A DNA stretch of 64,000 bases, taken from a bacterium (lineage in GTDB: Bacteria; Cyanobacteriota; Sericytochromatia; S15B-MN24; UBA4093). Location of the stretch: positions 9,945-73,944 of the forward strand of contig JAYKJE010000037.1 in the NCBI GenBank assembly GCA_035285805.1, given 5' to 3'. Each line of letters starts with the position of its first letter. Position 1 is the first letter of the stretch. The notes under the pieces are model-generated. The model did not search any database. It worked only from the letters and a program-made list of their open reading frames with translations, and was not told the DNA's origin. A program made the position numbers and the translations under genes. This document shows positions 37,361 to 46,758 of the stretch, piece by piece.

Positions 37361-38875
37361 GTGAGCACCATCTCTGATTCCAGCCAGGGCCTACCTGCAA
37401 GAACGTCCGCTCCCATCATCCAGCGCACCCAGAGCGAGATCGTCTCGACGAAGACGGTCGTCCCCGTGCGTGATTCCTCGCCGCTCATCCAGCGCAACCC
37501 CGCTTACGCGTCCGAGGGCAGCGACACGCCGCTCATCAAGCGCTTCCAGAGCGAGATCATCAGCTCACCGGCAGCTTCCAGGGCAGCAACGGGTTCGCCC
37601 ATCATCGAACGCAATCCCACCTACGTGTCGGACGCGACCGGAACCCCGCTCATCAAGCGTTTCCAGAGCGATATCATCGGCCAGCCTTCGAGCGTGCAGC
37701 CCCCCGAGAAGTCCCTGCCCCCGAGACCCCCGGCCGATATCGTCCAGGTCGGTGGTGGTGGACAGGCTTCCGGCCTGGGACTGATCGATCTTCCGGAGGA
37801 CCTGATCCTCCCGCCGGGTGGTCTTCCGTCTTCGGGATTCGATCGCCTTCAAGAGGCCGTCAATTCAGCCAGGCTACCCGACGGCTCCCCGCTCAGCGCG
37901 GCCCAGAAGAAGGCGGTCTACGATTTTTATGGCCTGGCCTCGGAAGGCATGGACGATGCGGGGGCCGATGCGGTTGCGGACAAGCTGGCGATACTTTTAC
38001 GCAACGGCAAAGAGTTACTGGGTACATTTGTCAACGGTCATGGTTATCGTCCTGATGCCTCGGGAACTCTGGCCATCGAGCACCTGGCAACCTTGATCAA
38101 CAGCCCCCTGCACCCGGCCTTCGAGACGGTCGGGAAACCGGAAATCGCCCGCCAGATCCTCGATCGACTCGTCGCGCCGGAGGATACGCGCCAAGGCGTT
38201 GGAACGCTCGATTGCACGCTGGCGACGCTCGAGGGAGAACTCGCTGGCACGCGCCCCTCGGATTTCGTCCGCATCGCCGTGGGCCTGGTGACCCGCGGCA
38301 GTGCGACCCTGACGGATGGCTCGACGATGCCGCTCGCCTCCTTCGACCCCGCGGACGCTGGCGGGCGCTCGCTGGTCGATCTGGCCTTGCAGAGCAGCAT
38401 GGGAGCCCTGGTGGCAGGTACGACCGGCTGGGATGGACAGACGTCAATCGGTCCCCGATCCAGCGAGATCCTGCACGAAAAGTTTCTCGGTGGAGATTGG
38501 GCCACCATCGGCCCCGAACAGATCCTGGCATATCTGCTGAGTCTGTCCTCAAACCCTGACGCAGATGCGATACTGAAGGGCTTGACGGATTCGGTTGACG
38601 GCATTCCAAAGGTCTCCTTGCGTATGCCCGATGGTTCCCTGCACTCCATGGTCCTCCTCGACACGGGGAACTTTGCGAAGAAGGGAATCGGGCTCTGGGA
38701 CCCCCTGGAAGGCAAAAATATCGGCTATATCAGTCCGATGGACTTTGCGATGCGATTCGTACGGGCCACGGTGCCTGCACACTGGGTCGCTGCGGCCGGG
38801 GAAGCCACGACGGCAAACTCCACGGAAGGAGAAGGGGGGCTGACCCGGTCGGGCGCCCGGCGCTCCCTGGCCTGA
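37361..38875 (+). CDS. hypothetical protein with alternating N-terminal repeats (P[IL]I[QK]R[FT]QSEII.. / P[IL]I[QE]RNP.Y.S..) and C-terminal globular domain with conserved Cys/His
   Basis: Five repeat copies between aa ~20-130, and a ~350-aa C-terminal domain containing GTLDCTLATLE and LHSMVLLDTGN. Preceded by an AT-rich region (37235-37330). Start at GTG 5 nt after ggagg; the ORF-track ATG at 37349 abuts the RBS. Confidence 0.6.
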   Translation: MSTISDSSQGLPARTSAPIIQRTQSEIVSTKTVVPVRDSSPLIQRNPAYASEGSDTPLIKRFQSEIISSPAASRAATGSPIIERNPTYVSDATGTPLIKRFQSDIIGQPSSVQPPEKSLPPRPPADIVQVGGGGQASGLGLIDLPEDLILPPGGLPSSGFDRLQEAVNSARLPDGSPLSAAQKKAVYDFYGLASEGMDDAGADAVADKLAILLRNGKELLGTFVNGHGYRPDASGTLAIEHLATLINSPLHPAFETVGKPEIARQILDRLVAPEDTRQGVGTLDCTLATLEGELAGTRPSDFVRIAVGLVTRGSATLTDGSTMPLASFDPADAGGRSLVDLALQSSMGALVAGTTGWDGQTSIGPRSSEILHEKFLGGDWATIGPEQILAYLLSLSSNPDADAILKGLTDSVDGIPKVSLRMPDGSLHSMVLLDTGNFAKKGIGLWDPLEGKNIGYISPMDFAMRFVRATVPAHWVAAAGEATTANSTEGEGGLTRSGARRSLA

Positions 38876-38883
38876 TCTGGGCC

Positions 38884-39645
38884 TCAGCCGGGCGGAAGCG
38901 CGGCACGGCATGCATGCCACCGCGGCGTATCGATTCCCGCCCGGCGGGCCTCCTCCAGGTAGGCGCGCGCGGGATCGGGGTGACCACCCAGCAGGTAGAT
39001 CCAGCCGAGCAGGGCGAGGGCCTCGGGCTGACCGGGGATACGCTCCAGGATCCGGCCGAGGATCCGCCGGGCTTCCTCCAGAAGATTCCGCTGCCCGAGC
39101 AACCGGGCCAGGTTCAGGGCACTGACCACGTCATCGGGATGGATCGCGAGGGCCTCCCGGTACAGGCGTTCCGCCTCGACGGGATCGCCCATCCGCTCGG
39201 TGAGCACGGCCAGATTGACCAGGGCCGGGATCATGCCCGGCTCGAGACGGACGAGTTCCATGTAAGCCGCCCTGGCCCCCACCAGATCCCCCGCCTGCTC
39301 GAGAACGAGCGCGAGGACGAGTCGGGCCGCCGAACGATGAGGTTCCTGCTGGATGACGGCCTGCAACTCGTACAGCGCTTCGAGGGCCTCCCCTTGCCTG
39401 AGCAAGAGCAACGCCATCAGGAAGCGGACCCCGGATTGATCCGGATCGAGCCGGAGCACTTCCGCCAGTTCCTGGAAGGACAGATCGAGATGCCCCGCCC
39501 GGGCGAGGATATGGGCCAGCATGCGATGCAGGTCGATGGAAGTGGGAGCGGTGTAGATGCCCTGCCGGATGATCCGCGCTGCTTCCTCGAAGCGACCGGC
39601 CTGGAGTTCCTGCTCGACCCGCACCTTGACGGTCTTGATGTTCAT
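38884..39645 (-). CDS. tetratricopeptide-repeat protein
   Basis: About six TPR units (e.g. AARLVLALVLEQAGDLVGARAAYMELVRLEP). ATG overlaps the stop of the upstream kinase-like gene (ATGA). Confidence 0.75.
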   Translation of the reverse strand: MNIKTVKVRVEQELQAGRFEEAARIIRQGIYTAPTSIDLHRMLAHILARAGHLDLSFQELAEVLRLDPDQSGVRFLMALLLLRQGEALEALYELQAVIQQEPHRSAARLVLALVLEQAGDLVGARAAYMELVRLEPGMIPALVNLAVLTERMGDPVEAERLYREALAIHPDDVVSALNLARLLGQRNLLEEARRILGRILERIPGQPEALALLGWIYLLGGHPDPARAYLEEARRAGIDTPRWHACRAALPPG

Positions 39646-40601
39646 GCCGTGGCCCTCTCGAGGGCTCCGAGAAAATCCGACCACCCCGGGTACCCTGCCA
39701 CCAGATCGAGGGCTCCGTCCTCGTCCATCTGGAGACCCAGGCCCCGTAACAGGCAGACCAGCAGGGCGTGGGGGACCCGAGCCTGCAGCACGCTCACGGC
39801 CGGCAACCGGGTCAGCAGGCGCACGTACCGGCCACGGGCCCCGGACTCCATCAGCTCGAGCCATTTCCGGAACGAGGGGCCGAAGCTCGCCCGTTCGCGC
39901 TGGGGGACCTCTCCGAGCAGAGTTTCTCCGACCAGGGCCTCCAGCCAGACCAGCGCGAACGCCGTCCGATCGTCTGCCTGCAGGTAGGGGTTGTAAGCCG
40001 GAGTCGTGAGCAGACTCCGGCTACCCGGCGGACGCCCTTCGGCCGCGGCACAGGCCGGATCGATCAGCCGCACCCCGCCGGAGCCATCAAAGAAGATGTG
40101 CTCGGGTTTCAGGTCCCCGTGAAACGGGAGACGACCATCGACGTGACGCCCCGTCAGTTCTGACGCGAGCCGGAGCATCCAGGCAGCCGGAACTCCTTCA
40201 CGACGATCGAGTCGCGCGCGCAGGTGATCGTCACCCAGATCCTCGTAGAGGACGTAGGCGCGATCGCCGATGCGCCCGGCTGCCCGCATGACCGGAAAGA
40301 TCGGATCCTGGAGCCCCCTGACGAGCATGGCCTCCCGTTCCAGCAGATCGTTGGCCGAGAGTTGCCCGGGGCCCATGCCACCGGTATGGAAGGCGACGGC
40401 CTGGGCAAAACGCTCGGCGACCGTCGCCTCCCCGTAGGCATCGGGCAAGGTCCGCTTGGCCAGCTTGAGGATGGACGGTCCCTCGGGCACCTGAACCCGG
40501 TAGGCCCGCGCGATACCCCCTTCCCCGGCGATCCCGAGGATCTCGAGGCCGTCGATGCGATCGCCCACGGCCAGCCGCTGGATGGTCGTCCTGGACTTCA
40601 T
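39642..40601 (-). CDS. protein kinase-like fold protein (eukaryotic-like/Kdo-kinase-like catalytic loop HGDLKPEH)
   Basis: Gly-rich loop GIAGEGGIARAY, beta3 Lys in ILKLAKR, catalytic loop HGDLKPEHIFF, DFG position replaced by IDP. ATG overlaps the stop of the upstream TGc-like gene. Confidence 0.7.
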   Translation of the reverse strand: MKSRTTIQRLAVGDRIDGLEILGIAGEGGIARAYRVQVPEGPSILKLAKRTLPDAYGEATVAERFAQAVAFHTGGMGPGQLSANDLLEREAMLVRGLQDPIFPVMRAAGRIGDRAYVLYEDLGDDHLRARLDRREGVPAAWMLRLASELTGRHVDGRLPFHGDLKPEHIFFDGSGGVRLIDPACAAAEGRPPGSRSLLTTPAYNPYLQADDRTAFALVWLEALVGETLLGEVPQRERASFGPSFRKWLELMESGARGRYVRLLTRLPAVSVLQARVPHALLVCLLRGLGLQMDEDGALDLVAGYPGWSDFLGALERATA

Positions 40602-42292
40602 GCGAGATCTCCGCGCGGGGGATGGGGATGGTAGTAGCGCTGGGTCCACGGATGCTGGAGGGCCGCGAAGGCCTGGGCAGCCGGACGCGACAGATCCACG
40701 GCGACCCGCATGTCGGGCAGTTCGACCAGGTTCCAGGCATGCGGGGACGGACAGAAGGTCCCTGCATCGCCACGAACCATGGCGGACGAGAGACCGAGTT
40801 CTTCCGCCAGGACCTGGAAGAGCAAGGTCCGGTGACGGACGCCCCCGCCCCCGAGCACGCGGGGGACATCCCCGATGAGCAGGGGCTGCTGCCGCATGCG
40901 GGCCGCCGCGAGGGCCACGCGCTCTTCGACCCGCGAGATGGGCCCCCCCATCTGCTCGTGCACGTACTTCGCCAGCTCCTGGAGTCGCGAGACGGGTTCC
41001 AGGTCCTCGAGGGTGGTCTGGACCCGATGGATGTGCGCACGCAGGGACAGGTCACACGCTCGGTCGACCACGAGCACCTCGCGCTGCGTCGCCACCGGCC
41101 AGTAGTCGGTATCGAGCGCCGCATGGCGGCCCCCGTCCACGAAGCCATCCCAGACGTAGCCCTCGAGAAGGTGGTCGCGAGCATAGGCCAGACGCTGGGC
41201 ACGAGCTTCCGGAGACGGAAAGCGAAAGGGGGGCTCTCCTTCCCCGAGGAGACGATCGCGGTTCATGCGGATCGCCACCTCGAGTGGCTCGATGCGCGTA
41301 CCATGCAGGACGTGCACCACCTCGAGTCCATCCCAGCTGGCCGCCACGAGCAACCAGCCATCGACGACCGTGCCGTCGATCTCGAGGCGCAAGGTCGTGC
41401 CGGTCGGCAAGAGGTCAGGGTTCCAGATCAGCGCCATCTCGAGGCGCAAGCGCTTCTGGAGCATGCCATGGGCGCCCTCGCGCTGCAGGTGCAGTTGATT
41501 GCCCTCTTGACGCACCACCGTCCATCCGGGCTCGAGGTTGCCCTCGCTGCGGTAGATGCGCAGGTCCGTCCCGACTGCCACCGAAAGGGGCTGGGGGCGG
41601 GGAGGTTCATGCGTCTGTAGCGGGAGGTGGCCCCAGAGGGGCGCCACCAGAGGTGCCAGCTGGGCAGCCATGATCTGCTTGCGTCCGACCCCGCCCTTCT
41701 CGACGAGCAGGCGATCATCCTGACTGGCCAGGACGACCCAGCCGTCTTCGGCCTCACCGCTGCTCCGGGGCACGCGCACGATCGTGCCCGGCACGAGGAG
41801 CGAGGCGTTCCAGGTCAGAAGCTCCTCGACGGTGATGCGCTTGTGAACGGGACCGGCAGGCGTGAGCCGGAAGACGTGAGCCATCCCCTGAGAAGAGGGG
41901 CCGAGCAGGATCCAGTCCGGATCGAGTTCTCCGGTCGATCGGACGACCTTGACCGGCACCAGCCTCGGGAGCTCGTACCGACGCAGCATCGTGGTGGGCC
42001 GAGGGACCGAGCTCGCTGGCGCAGCGCCCCCATGACCCGGCAACGGAGATCCGGAGACCGCCACCATCGGCTGCGAGGCAGGCAGTTCACCTTCGATCTG
42101 GACCCCGAAGACCGAATGGATACGACCTTCCAGTACGTCCTGACGGTATCGGTCGAAATGGAGCGTATCGATCCTGGCCCACCAGGTGTCGAGCGGCGCC
42201 AGGATCTCCTCCACCCGGTCACGCCCGAGGGCCACACCGTGTGACAGGGGATCGAAGCGTACGGGACCGACCGGAGCCGGGATCTGTGTCAT
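40598..42292 (-). CDS. large cytoplasmic protein with two tandem ~100-aa SH3-like repeats and a C-terminal transglutaminase-like (TGc) domain with a non-canonical Cys position
   Basis: Internal repeats (VRSTGELDPDWILL..LTWNASLLVPGT..DGWVV / YRSEGNLEPGWTVV..LIWNPDLLPTGT..DGWLL). C-terminal block RHRTLLFQVLAEELGLSSAMVRG..PHAWNLVELPDMRVAVD resembles TGc (Cys box, HAWxEV, D), but the canonical Cys is R/H. Start at the Met after aggtgg RBS. Confidence 0.55.
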   Translation of the reverse strand: MTQIPAPVGPVRFDPLSHGVALGRDRVEEILAPLDTWWARIDTLHFDRYRQDVLEGRIHSVFGVQIEGELPASQPMVAVSGSPLPGHGGAAPASSVPRPTTMLRRYELPRLVPVKVVRSTGELDPDWILLGPSSQGMAHVFRLTPAGPVHKRITVEELLTWNASLLVPGTIVRVPRSSGEAEDGWVVLASQDDRLLVEKGGVGRKQIMAAQLAPLVAPLWGHLPLQTHEPPRPQPLSVAVGTDLRIYRSEGNLEPGWTVVRQEGNQLHLQREGAHGMLQKRLRLEMALIWNPDLLPTGTTLRLEIDGTVVDGWLLVAASWDGLEVVHVLHGTRIEPLEVAIRMNRDRLLGEGEPPFRFPSPEARAQRLAYARDHLLEGYVWDGFVDGGRHAALDTDYWPVATQREVLVVDRACDLSLRAHIHRVQTTLEDLEPVSRLQELAKYVHEQMGGPISRVEERVALAAARMRQQPLLIGDVPRVLGGGGVRHRTLLFQVLAEELGLSSAMVRGDAGTFCPSPHAWNLVELPDMRVAVDLSRPAAQAFAALQHPWTQRYYHPHPPRGDLA

Positions 42293-42405
42293 GGCACCAC
42301 CTGAGAACCGCCCGGTGACCGCGTCTTCATATACCGCGGTGCCCGATCCTCTAACGAATACGCCCCGCGGCGTCGTATGATCGAGCTTCCGGAAGGAGGA
42401 CCGCC

Positions 42406-42819
42406 ATGACGCTCCCTGAACGTCTTCGAGCCCTTGCACGTGGCCTCGGGCTCCGTTGTCCGCGCTGCGGGGTGGGCGCCACCCATCGCCATCTGCTCAG
42501 AGCCCTTCCAGCCTGCGAGCACTGCGGGCTGGGCTTCACCCTCGAGGAAGGGGAGTTCACCGGGGGAGTGTACCTCTGCTACGGGGTGGCGGCCCTCATC
42601 TTCATCCCGGGCTTCCTCGTGACCGAACTCGTCCTCGAGTGGGACGTCATCCCGCAGCTGGTCCTCTGGATCGGCTTCGCGATCGCCTTTCCGCTGGGGT
42701 TCCAGCGCCACGCGACGGGGGCCTTCATGGCCCTGCTATACGCCACGGGAGCCCTGCAGGACACCCCTCAGGCCATGGAACGGGAAGCCCTGTCGCGCAG
42801 GAAACCTCCCGCCCCCTGA
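42406..42819 (+). CDS. DUF983-like zinc-ribbon membrane protein
   Basis: CPRCG...CEHCG zinc-ribbon pairs followed by two TM helices. aggagg-like RBS. Confidence 0.6.
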   Translation: MTLPERLRALARGLGLRCPRCGVGATHRHLLRALPACEHCGLGFTLEEGEFTGGVYLCYGVAALIFIPGFLVTELVLEWDVIPQLVLWIGFAIAFPLGFQRHATGAFMALLYATGALQDTPQAMEREALSRRKPPAP

Positions 42820-42829
42820 AGCCCCGGGA

Positions 42830-44278
42830 TCACACCGGGCTCGCGGTCCGCGCGATCGCCGCCTCGAGACGCGCGACCACGAGTTCGCGCCCGATGAGAT
42901 ACGCCGTTTCAAACATGCCCGGGCTCACGTGGCTGCCCGTGAGGGCGACCCGGGCCGGCTGGATGATGGCCGCGAGCTTGACCTCCCGCTCCGCAGCCAG
43001 GGTCCGGAACACGGCCTCGATCGCCTCGGGCGTCCATTCCTCGAGCGCAGCCAGGCGCTCCTTCAGGCTCTCGAGCGCCGGAGCGGCTGCCGCGGTCAGG
43101 AACTTCGTGGCCGACTCAGGCAGCGTGACCAGTTCGGGAGTTTCGAAACAGAAGGCGGAGGCCTCGACGAGCTCGAGCAGGGTCTGGGTCCGCTCCTGGA
43201 GAAGCTTGACGACGCCCACCTGCCAGTCCGCGGTATGCCGGGCTCCGAGCCAGCCGCGCTCGGCCCAGCGCTGACGGCACCAGTCAACCATCTCTTCGGC
43301 CGGCGTCTGGCGCATCCAGACCCCGTTGAGCCACTTGAGCTTGGTCGGATCGAAGACGGCAGCGGTGTCGTTGATGCCCTCGACGCTGAACTTGGCGATC
43401 AGGTCCTCCATGCTGAAGACCTCGTCGTCACCGTGGGCCCAGCCCAGCCGCGCCAGGTAGTTGCGCAGCCCGTGAGCCAGGTAGCCGTCCTCATCGTAGG
43501 CCATCACGGAGGTCGCCCCGTGGCGCTTCGAGAGGCGCGAGCGATCCTGGCCCAGGATCATGGGAATGTGACCGAACCGGGGCAGCGCGTAGCCAAGCGC
43601 CTCGTAGATCATCATCTGCTTGGGGGTATTCGACAGGTGGTCGTCACCCCGGAGCACGTGCGTGATCTCCATGAGCGCGTCATCGACGACGCAGGCGAAG
43701 TTGTAGGTGGGCCCCCCGTCGTTCTTGAGCAGGACGAAATCGTCGAGCCCCGCATTCTGGAACGTCACGGTCCCGTGGACGAGGTCCTCGACGACCGTCA
43801 CCCCCTCGCCGGGCGTCTTGAAGCGGATGACGTGCGGCTCTCCGGCCTCGCGCCTCCGCCGGGCCTCGGCAGGGTCGAAGTCCCGGTAGGTTCCTGGATA
43901 CCGGAAAATCTCGTTGCGGGCGGCCGTCTGCTCACGCAGCGCGTCGAGTTCTTCCTTCGTGCAGAAGCAGGGGTAAGCATGTCCGGAGGCGATGAGGCGC
44001 TCGGCATGCTCGCGGTAGAGGGCGCCCCGCTCGGACTGAACGTAGGGTGCGTGCGGACCGCCCACGTCCGGGCCCTCGTCCCAGGTCAGGCCGAGCCACC
44101 GCATCCCGACGAGGATCGCTTCCAGGGATTCCTCGGTCGAACGGGCGACGTCGGTGTCCTCGATACGAAGAATGAACTGACCACCGGCCTGCCGGGCGAG
44201 CAGCCAGTTGAACAGGGCCGTACGGGCCCCTCCGACGTGCAGGTAACCGGTGGGACTCGGGGCAAAGCGGACACGCAT
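42830..44278 (-). CDS. gltX: glutamate--tRNA ligase
   Basis: HIGH region PSPTGYLHVGG, KMSKS-like RLSKRHG, and the class I anticodon-binding domain. Confidence 0.9.
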   Translation of the reverse strand: MRVRFAPSPTGYLHVGGARTALFNWLLARQAGGQFILRIEDTDVARSTEESLEAILVGMRWLGLTWDEGPDVGGPHAPYVQSERGALYREHAERLIASGHAYPCFCTKEELDALREQTAARNEIFRYPGTYRDFDPAEARRRREAGEPHVIRFKTPGEGVTVVEDLVHGTVTFQNAGLDDFVLLKNDGGPTYNFACVVDDALMEITHVLRGDDHLSNTPKQMMIYEALGYALPRFGHIPMILGQDRSRLSKRHGATSVMAYDEDGYLAHGLRNYLARLGWAHGDDEVFSMEDLIAKFSVEGINDTAAVFDPTKLKWLNGVWMRQTPAEEMVDWCRQRWAERGWLGARHTADWQVGVVKLLQERTQTLLELVEASAFCFETPELVTLPESATKFLTAAAAPALESLKERLAALEEWTPEAIEAVFRTLAAEREVKLAAIIQPARVALTGSHVSPGMFETAYLIGRELVVARLEAAIARTASPV

Positions 44279-44295
44279 GGACGGAACCTCGCTGG

Positions 44296-44808
44296 ATGAC
44301 GATCGACACTTCATTTTACCAGGGGAAGACCGGGCAGGCGCGCCTTGCAGGGTCGCGCAGGCGGCCTCAGGATGGGAACGTGTCCCATCCCGAGGCCTCG
44401 AGCTCCGAAATCCCCGAACTCTCCTCGCGTCATCCCGAGGGGTATCCCGAACGCCTGGGGGCCGAAGTGCTTCTCCGGGACGGCAGCCTGGGGCGCCTCG
44501 TCGGAGCGCGTGGCGACGCTTGGTGGGTGCTCCGGGGCGGGTATTTGCCGCGGCGTTTTCAGGTCCCCGTCGACCAGACCGGAACCTGGGATGAGGTCCA
44601 CCGACGGTGGATACTCGACGTCACGCTCCTGGACGCGCTGGCCTGGCCCGACCCTGGCCCTCAAGAAGCCCTGCCCCGCTCGATCCTGCGCCTCGTGACG
44701 AGTCCCCTGTGGGCGCCGGGGGCGGTTTTCCAGCGCCTGTGGGGACGCCGGCGCCAGCATTTCCTGCAGAACCTGGTCACGAGCTTGCGGGCGAGAGCCC
44801 GGCTCTAG
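44296..44808 (+). CDS. hypothetical protein (possible GTG start near 44380)
   Basis: ORF with non-artefactual composition in its C-terminal two-thirds. No recognisable family. Confidence 0.3.
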   Translation: MTIDTSFYQGKTGQARLAGSRRRPQDGNVSHPEASSSEIPELSSRHPEGYPERLGAEVLLRDGSLGRLVGARGDAWWVLRGGYLPRRFQVPVDQTGTWDEVHRRWILDVTLLDALAWPDPGPQEALPRSILRLVTSPLWAPGAVFQRLWGRRRQHFLQNLVTSLRARARL

Positions 44809-44820
44809 CGACCCTGAGCG

Positions 44821-46617
44821 TCAGGCCTCACCGCGCACGGCCTTCCAGAAGGCCTCGTTCGGCACGACTCCGGCCTCATCATCCGACCACTCCGGCCGCA
44901 GCCGATCGACGAAGGCCATGCCGAGGTCACCGCGGTTCTTGACCGGCAATTTTCCGCGATCCTCGCAGAGAAAGTACGGTTCAGTGACCCGAAACACGGC
45001 CTCGGAGACGTTGATCCGACCCGGCTGGCCGTTCGATTCCATGCGCGAGGCGATGTTGACGGTATCCCCCCAGACATCGAAGGCCGTCCGCTCGCGTCCG
45101 ATCATGCCCGCCACGAGCGGACCCGTATGCAGGCCGATCCGGAGCTGCCAGACGGCCCCCCCCTCTCGATGGGCCGCCTCCGCGGAGAGTCGGGCCACCG
45201 CCTCGCGGAAGCCGAGGGCCGCCACCACGGCCCGAAAAACGTGGGCCTGGTCGAACACGGGCACGCCTGCGACGGCCATGTAGGCATCGCCGATGGTCTT
45301 GAGCCGTTCGAGGCCGGTCTGGCGGACCACCGCGTCAAACGCGCCGAACAGGCGTTGCAGTTCCTCGACGAGCACCTCGGGCCGCATCCGACTGGCCACG
45401 GCCGTGAAACCCACGAGATCCGTGAATAGCACGGTGGCCGCCTCGACTCGACGAGGACGAACCGCCCCGTGCAGCTTGAGTTCCTGGACGACCGGGGCAG
45501 GCAGGACGGTATGCAGGATCCGGTCCGTCGCCACGGCCTCCGCCGCTTTCACCCCCATCTCCAGATCCCGGCGGCGGACGACTTTCTGGTCGGCCTGCCA
45601 GGCTCGGTCGCGCTCGAGACGCTCGTGAAGGTGATGGTAGGCTCGCTCATGATCGCCGAGCTCGGCCGCGGCACGGGCCAGGAGCTCCAGGGCCTCGAGC
45701 TCGGAGGATGGCGAGATGGCCTGCCGGGCGAGCACCAGGGCTTCTTCGGAGGCCGTCCGGGCCGCCGCCGCCTCGCACCGAGCCAGGTGACAGCGCGCCT
45801 GGATGAGGAGCCCACTGACGAGCATGTCAGCCACCCCGTGCGTGCGGGCGATGTCGATGCACTCCGTGGCATAGGTCAGCGCCGCGTCGAGATCGGCTGG
45901 ACCGTCGACCTCCCGGAGACACAACTCGGCCAGAGTGCGGCACACACCGGCCAGCCCACGTATCGACCCCGTGGCGGCCCACTGTTGCAGGGCTTGCAGG
46001 AAACTGTCACGTGCCTCGGAGAGGCGCCCCAGGTCGATCAGGGCAAAGCCTCGGGTGATCGCACAGCGCGCGAGACCGTTCAGGATCCCGAGCTCCTCGA
46101 AGTGGGGGCAGGCTTCGTTCACCCCGGCGATCGCCGCCTCCGGATTTCCGACGAGGCCCTGAACATAGGCAATCGAATGGATGGCCCACGCCTCGGCGGG
46201 GCGGTCCCCGGAGCGACGCGCCATTTTCAGGGCGAGATGGGCATACTCGAGAGCCTTAGCATGGTCCTCGAGCTGGTCGTGGATGGTCACCAGGACCTCG
46301 TAGGTCCTCGCGAGTCCCGTCAGATCGTCAAGCACCTCGAAGCGGATCCGGGCCGCTTCCGCATGGTCCAGACAGTCGTGCCAGGCCCCTCGCATCCGGG
46401 CCCGATGGGCCAGTGTGCAGTGCGCGTGGGCCACGACGTCCGGGAGGTCGAACTGGCGAGCCAGTTCGAGAGCCTCGCGCACCAACGCATCCGAGCGTGG
46501 GTGGACGGCGGTTTCCCAGGCCAGCTCGACCAGGGTCCGGGCGAGCTCGGCGCCTGGTTCACGTCCCCTGAGCTGTTGGAGACGGGTTTCCAGAGCCTGG
46601 AGATTCGATGAAGGCAC
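44821..46617 (-). CDS. class III adenylate/guanylate cyclase with N-terminal TPR-like regulatory domain
   Basis: C-terminal cyclase homology domain (VLFTDLVGFT...KTIGDAYMAVAG...GLHTGPLVAG...WGDTVNIASRMES). N-terminal ~380 aa of helical TPR-like repeats. Confidence 0.85.
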   Translation of the reverse strand: MPSSNLQALETRLQQLRGREPGAELARTLVELAWETAVHPRSDALVREALELARQFDLPDVVAHAHCTLAHRARMRGAWHDCLDHAEAARIRFEVLDDLTGLARTYEVLVTIHDQLEDHAKALEYAHLALKMARRSGDRPAEAWAIHSIAYVQGLVGNPEAAIAGVNEACPHFEELGILNGLARCAITRGFALIDLGRLSEARDSFLQALQQWAATGSIRGLAGVCRTLAELCLREVDGPADLDAALTYATECIDIARTHGVADMLVSGLLIQARCHLARCEAAAARTASEEALVLARQAISPSSELEALELLARAAAELGDHERAYHHLHERLERDRAWQADQKVVRRRDLEMGVKAAEAVATDRILHTVLPAPVVQELKLHGAVRPRRVEAATVLFTDLVGFTAVASRMRPEVLVEELQRLFGAFDAVVRQTGLERLKTIGDAYMAVAGVPVFDQAHVFRAVVAALGFREAVARLSAEAAHREGGAVWQLRIGLHTGPLVAGMIGRERTAFDVWGDTVNIASRMESNGQPGRINVSEAVFRVTEPYFLCEDRGKLPVKNRGDLGMAFVDRLRPEWSDDEAGVVPNEAFWKAVRGEA

Positions 46618-46679
46618 GTCTGTTCTCCCGGATGGAGACCTGTTCCTCGAAGGCTCGGCAACCTCCGTCGAACGGGAAG

Positions 46680-46752
46680 TGGGCGGTGAGGGACTCGAAC
46701 CCGCGACATCCTCGGTGTAAACGAGGCGCTCTACCAGCTGAGCTAACCGCCC
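46680..46752 (-). tRNA. tRNA-Val (anticodon UAC)
   Basis: Reverse complement reads GGGCGGTTAGCTCAGCTGGTAGAGCGCCTCGTTTACACCGAGGATGTCGCGGGTTCGAGTCCCTCACCGCCCA with cloverleaf arms and anticodon loop TTTACAC. Confidence 0.85.
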
Positions 46753-46758
46753 GTACCG

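Noticed and set aside
37252-37497. 81-aa minus-strand ORF spanning the AT-rich region upstream of the repeat-protein gene
   Set aside because: Overlaps the promoter/RBS and start of the plus-strand gene. Likely a gene remnant or chance ORF, though its C-terminal 25 aa look protein-like.
42929-44299. 456-aa plus-strand ORF antisense to gltX; 47768..49129 antisense to otsA; 59409..60383 antisense to Fe-ADH; 50866..52518 antisense to lipoprotein
   Set aside because: All show R/G/P/D-rich low complexity and lie opposite genes with clear family motifs.
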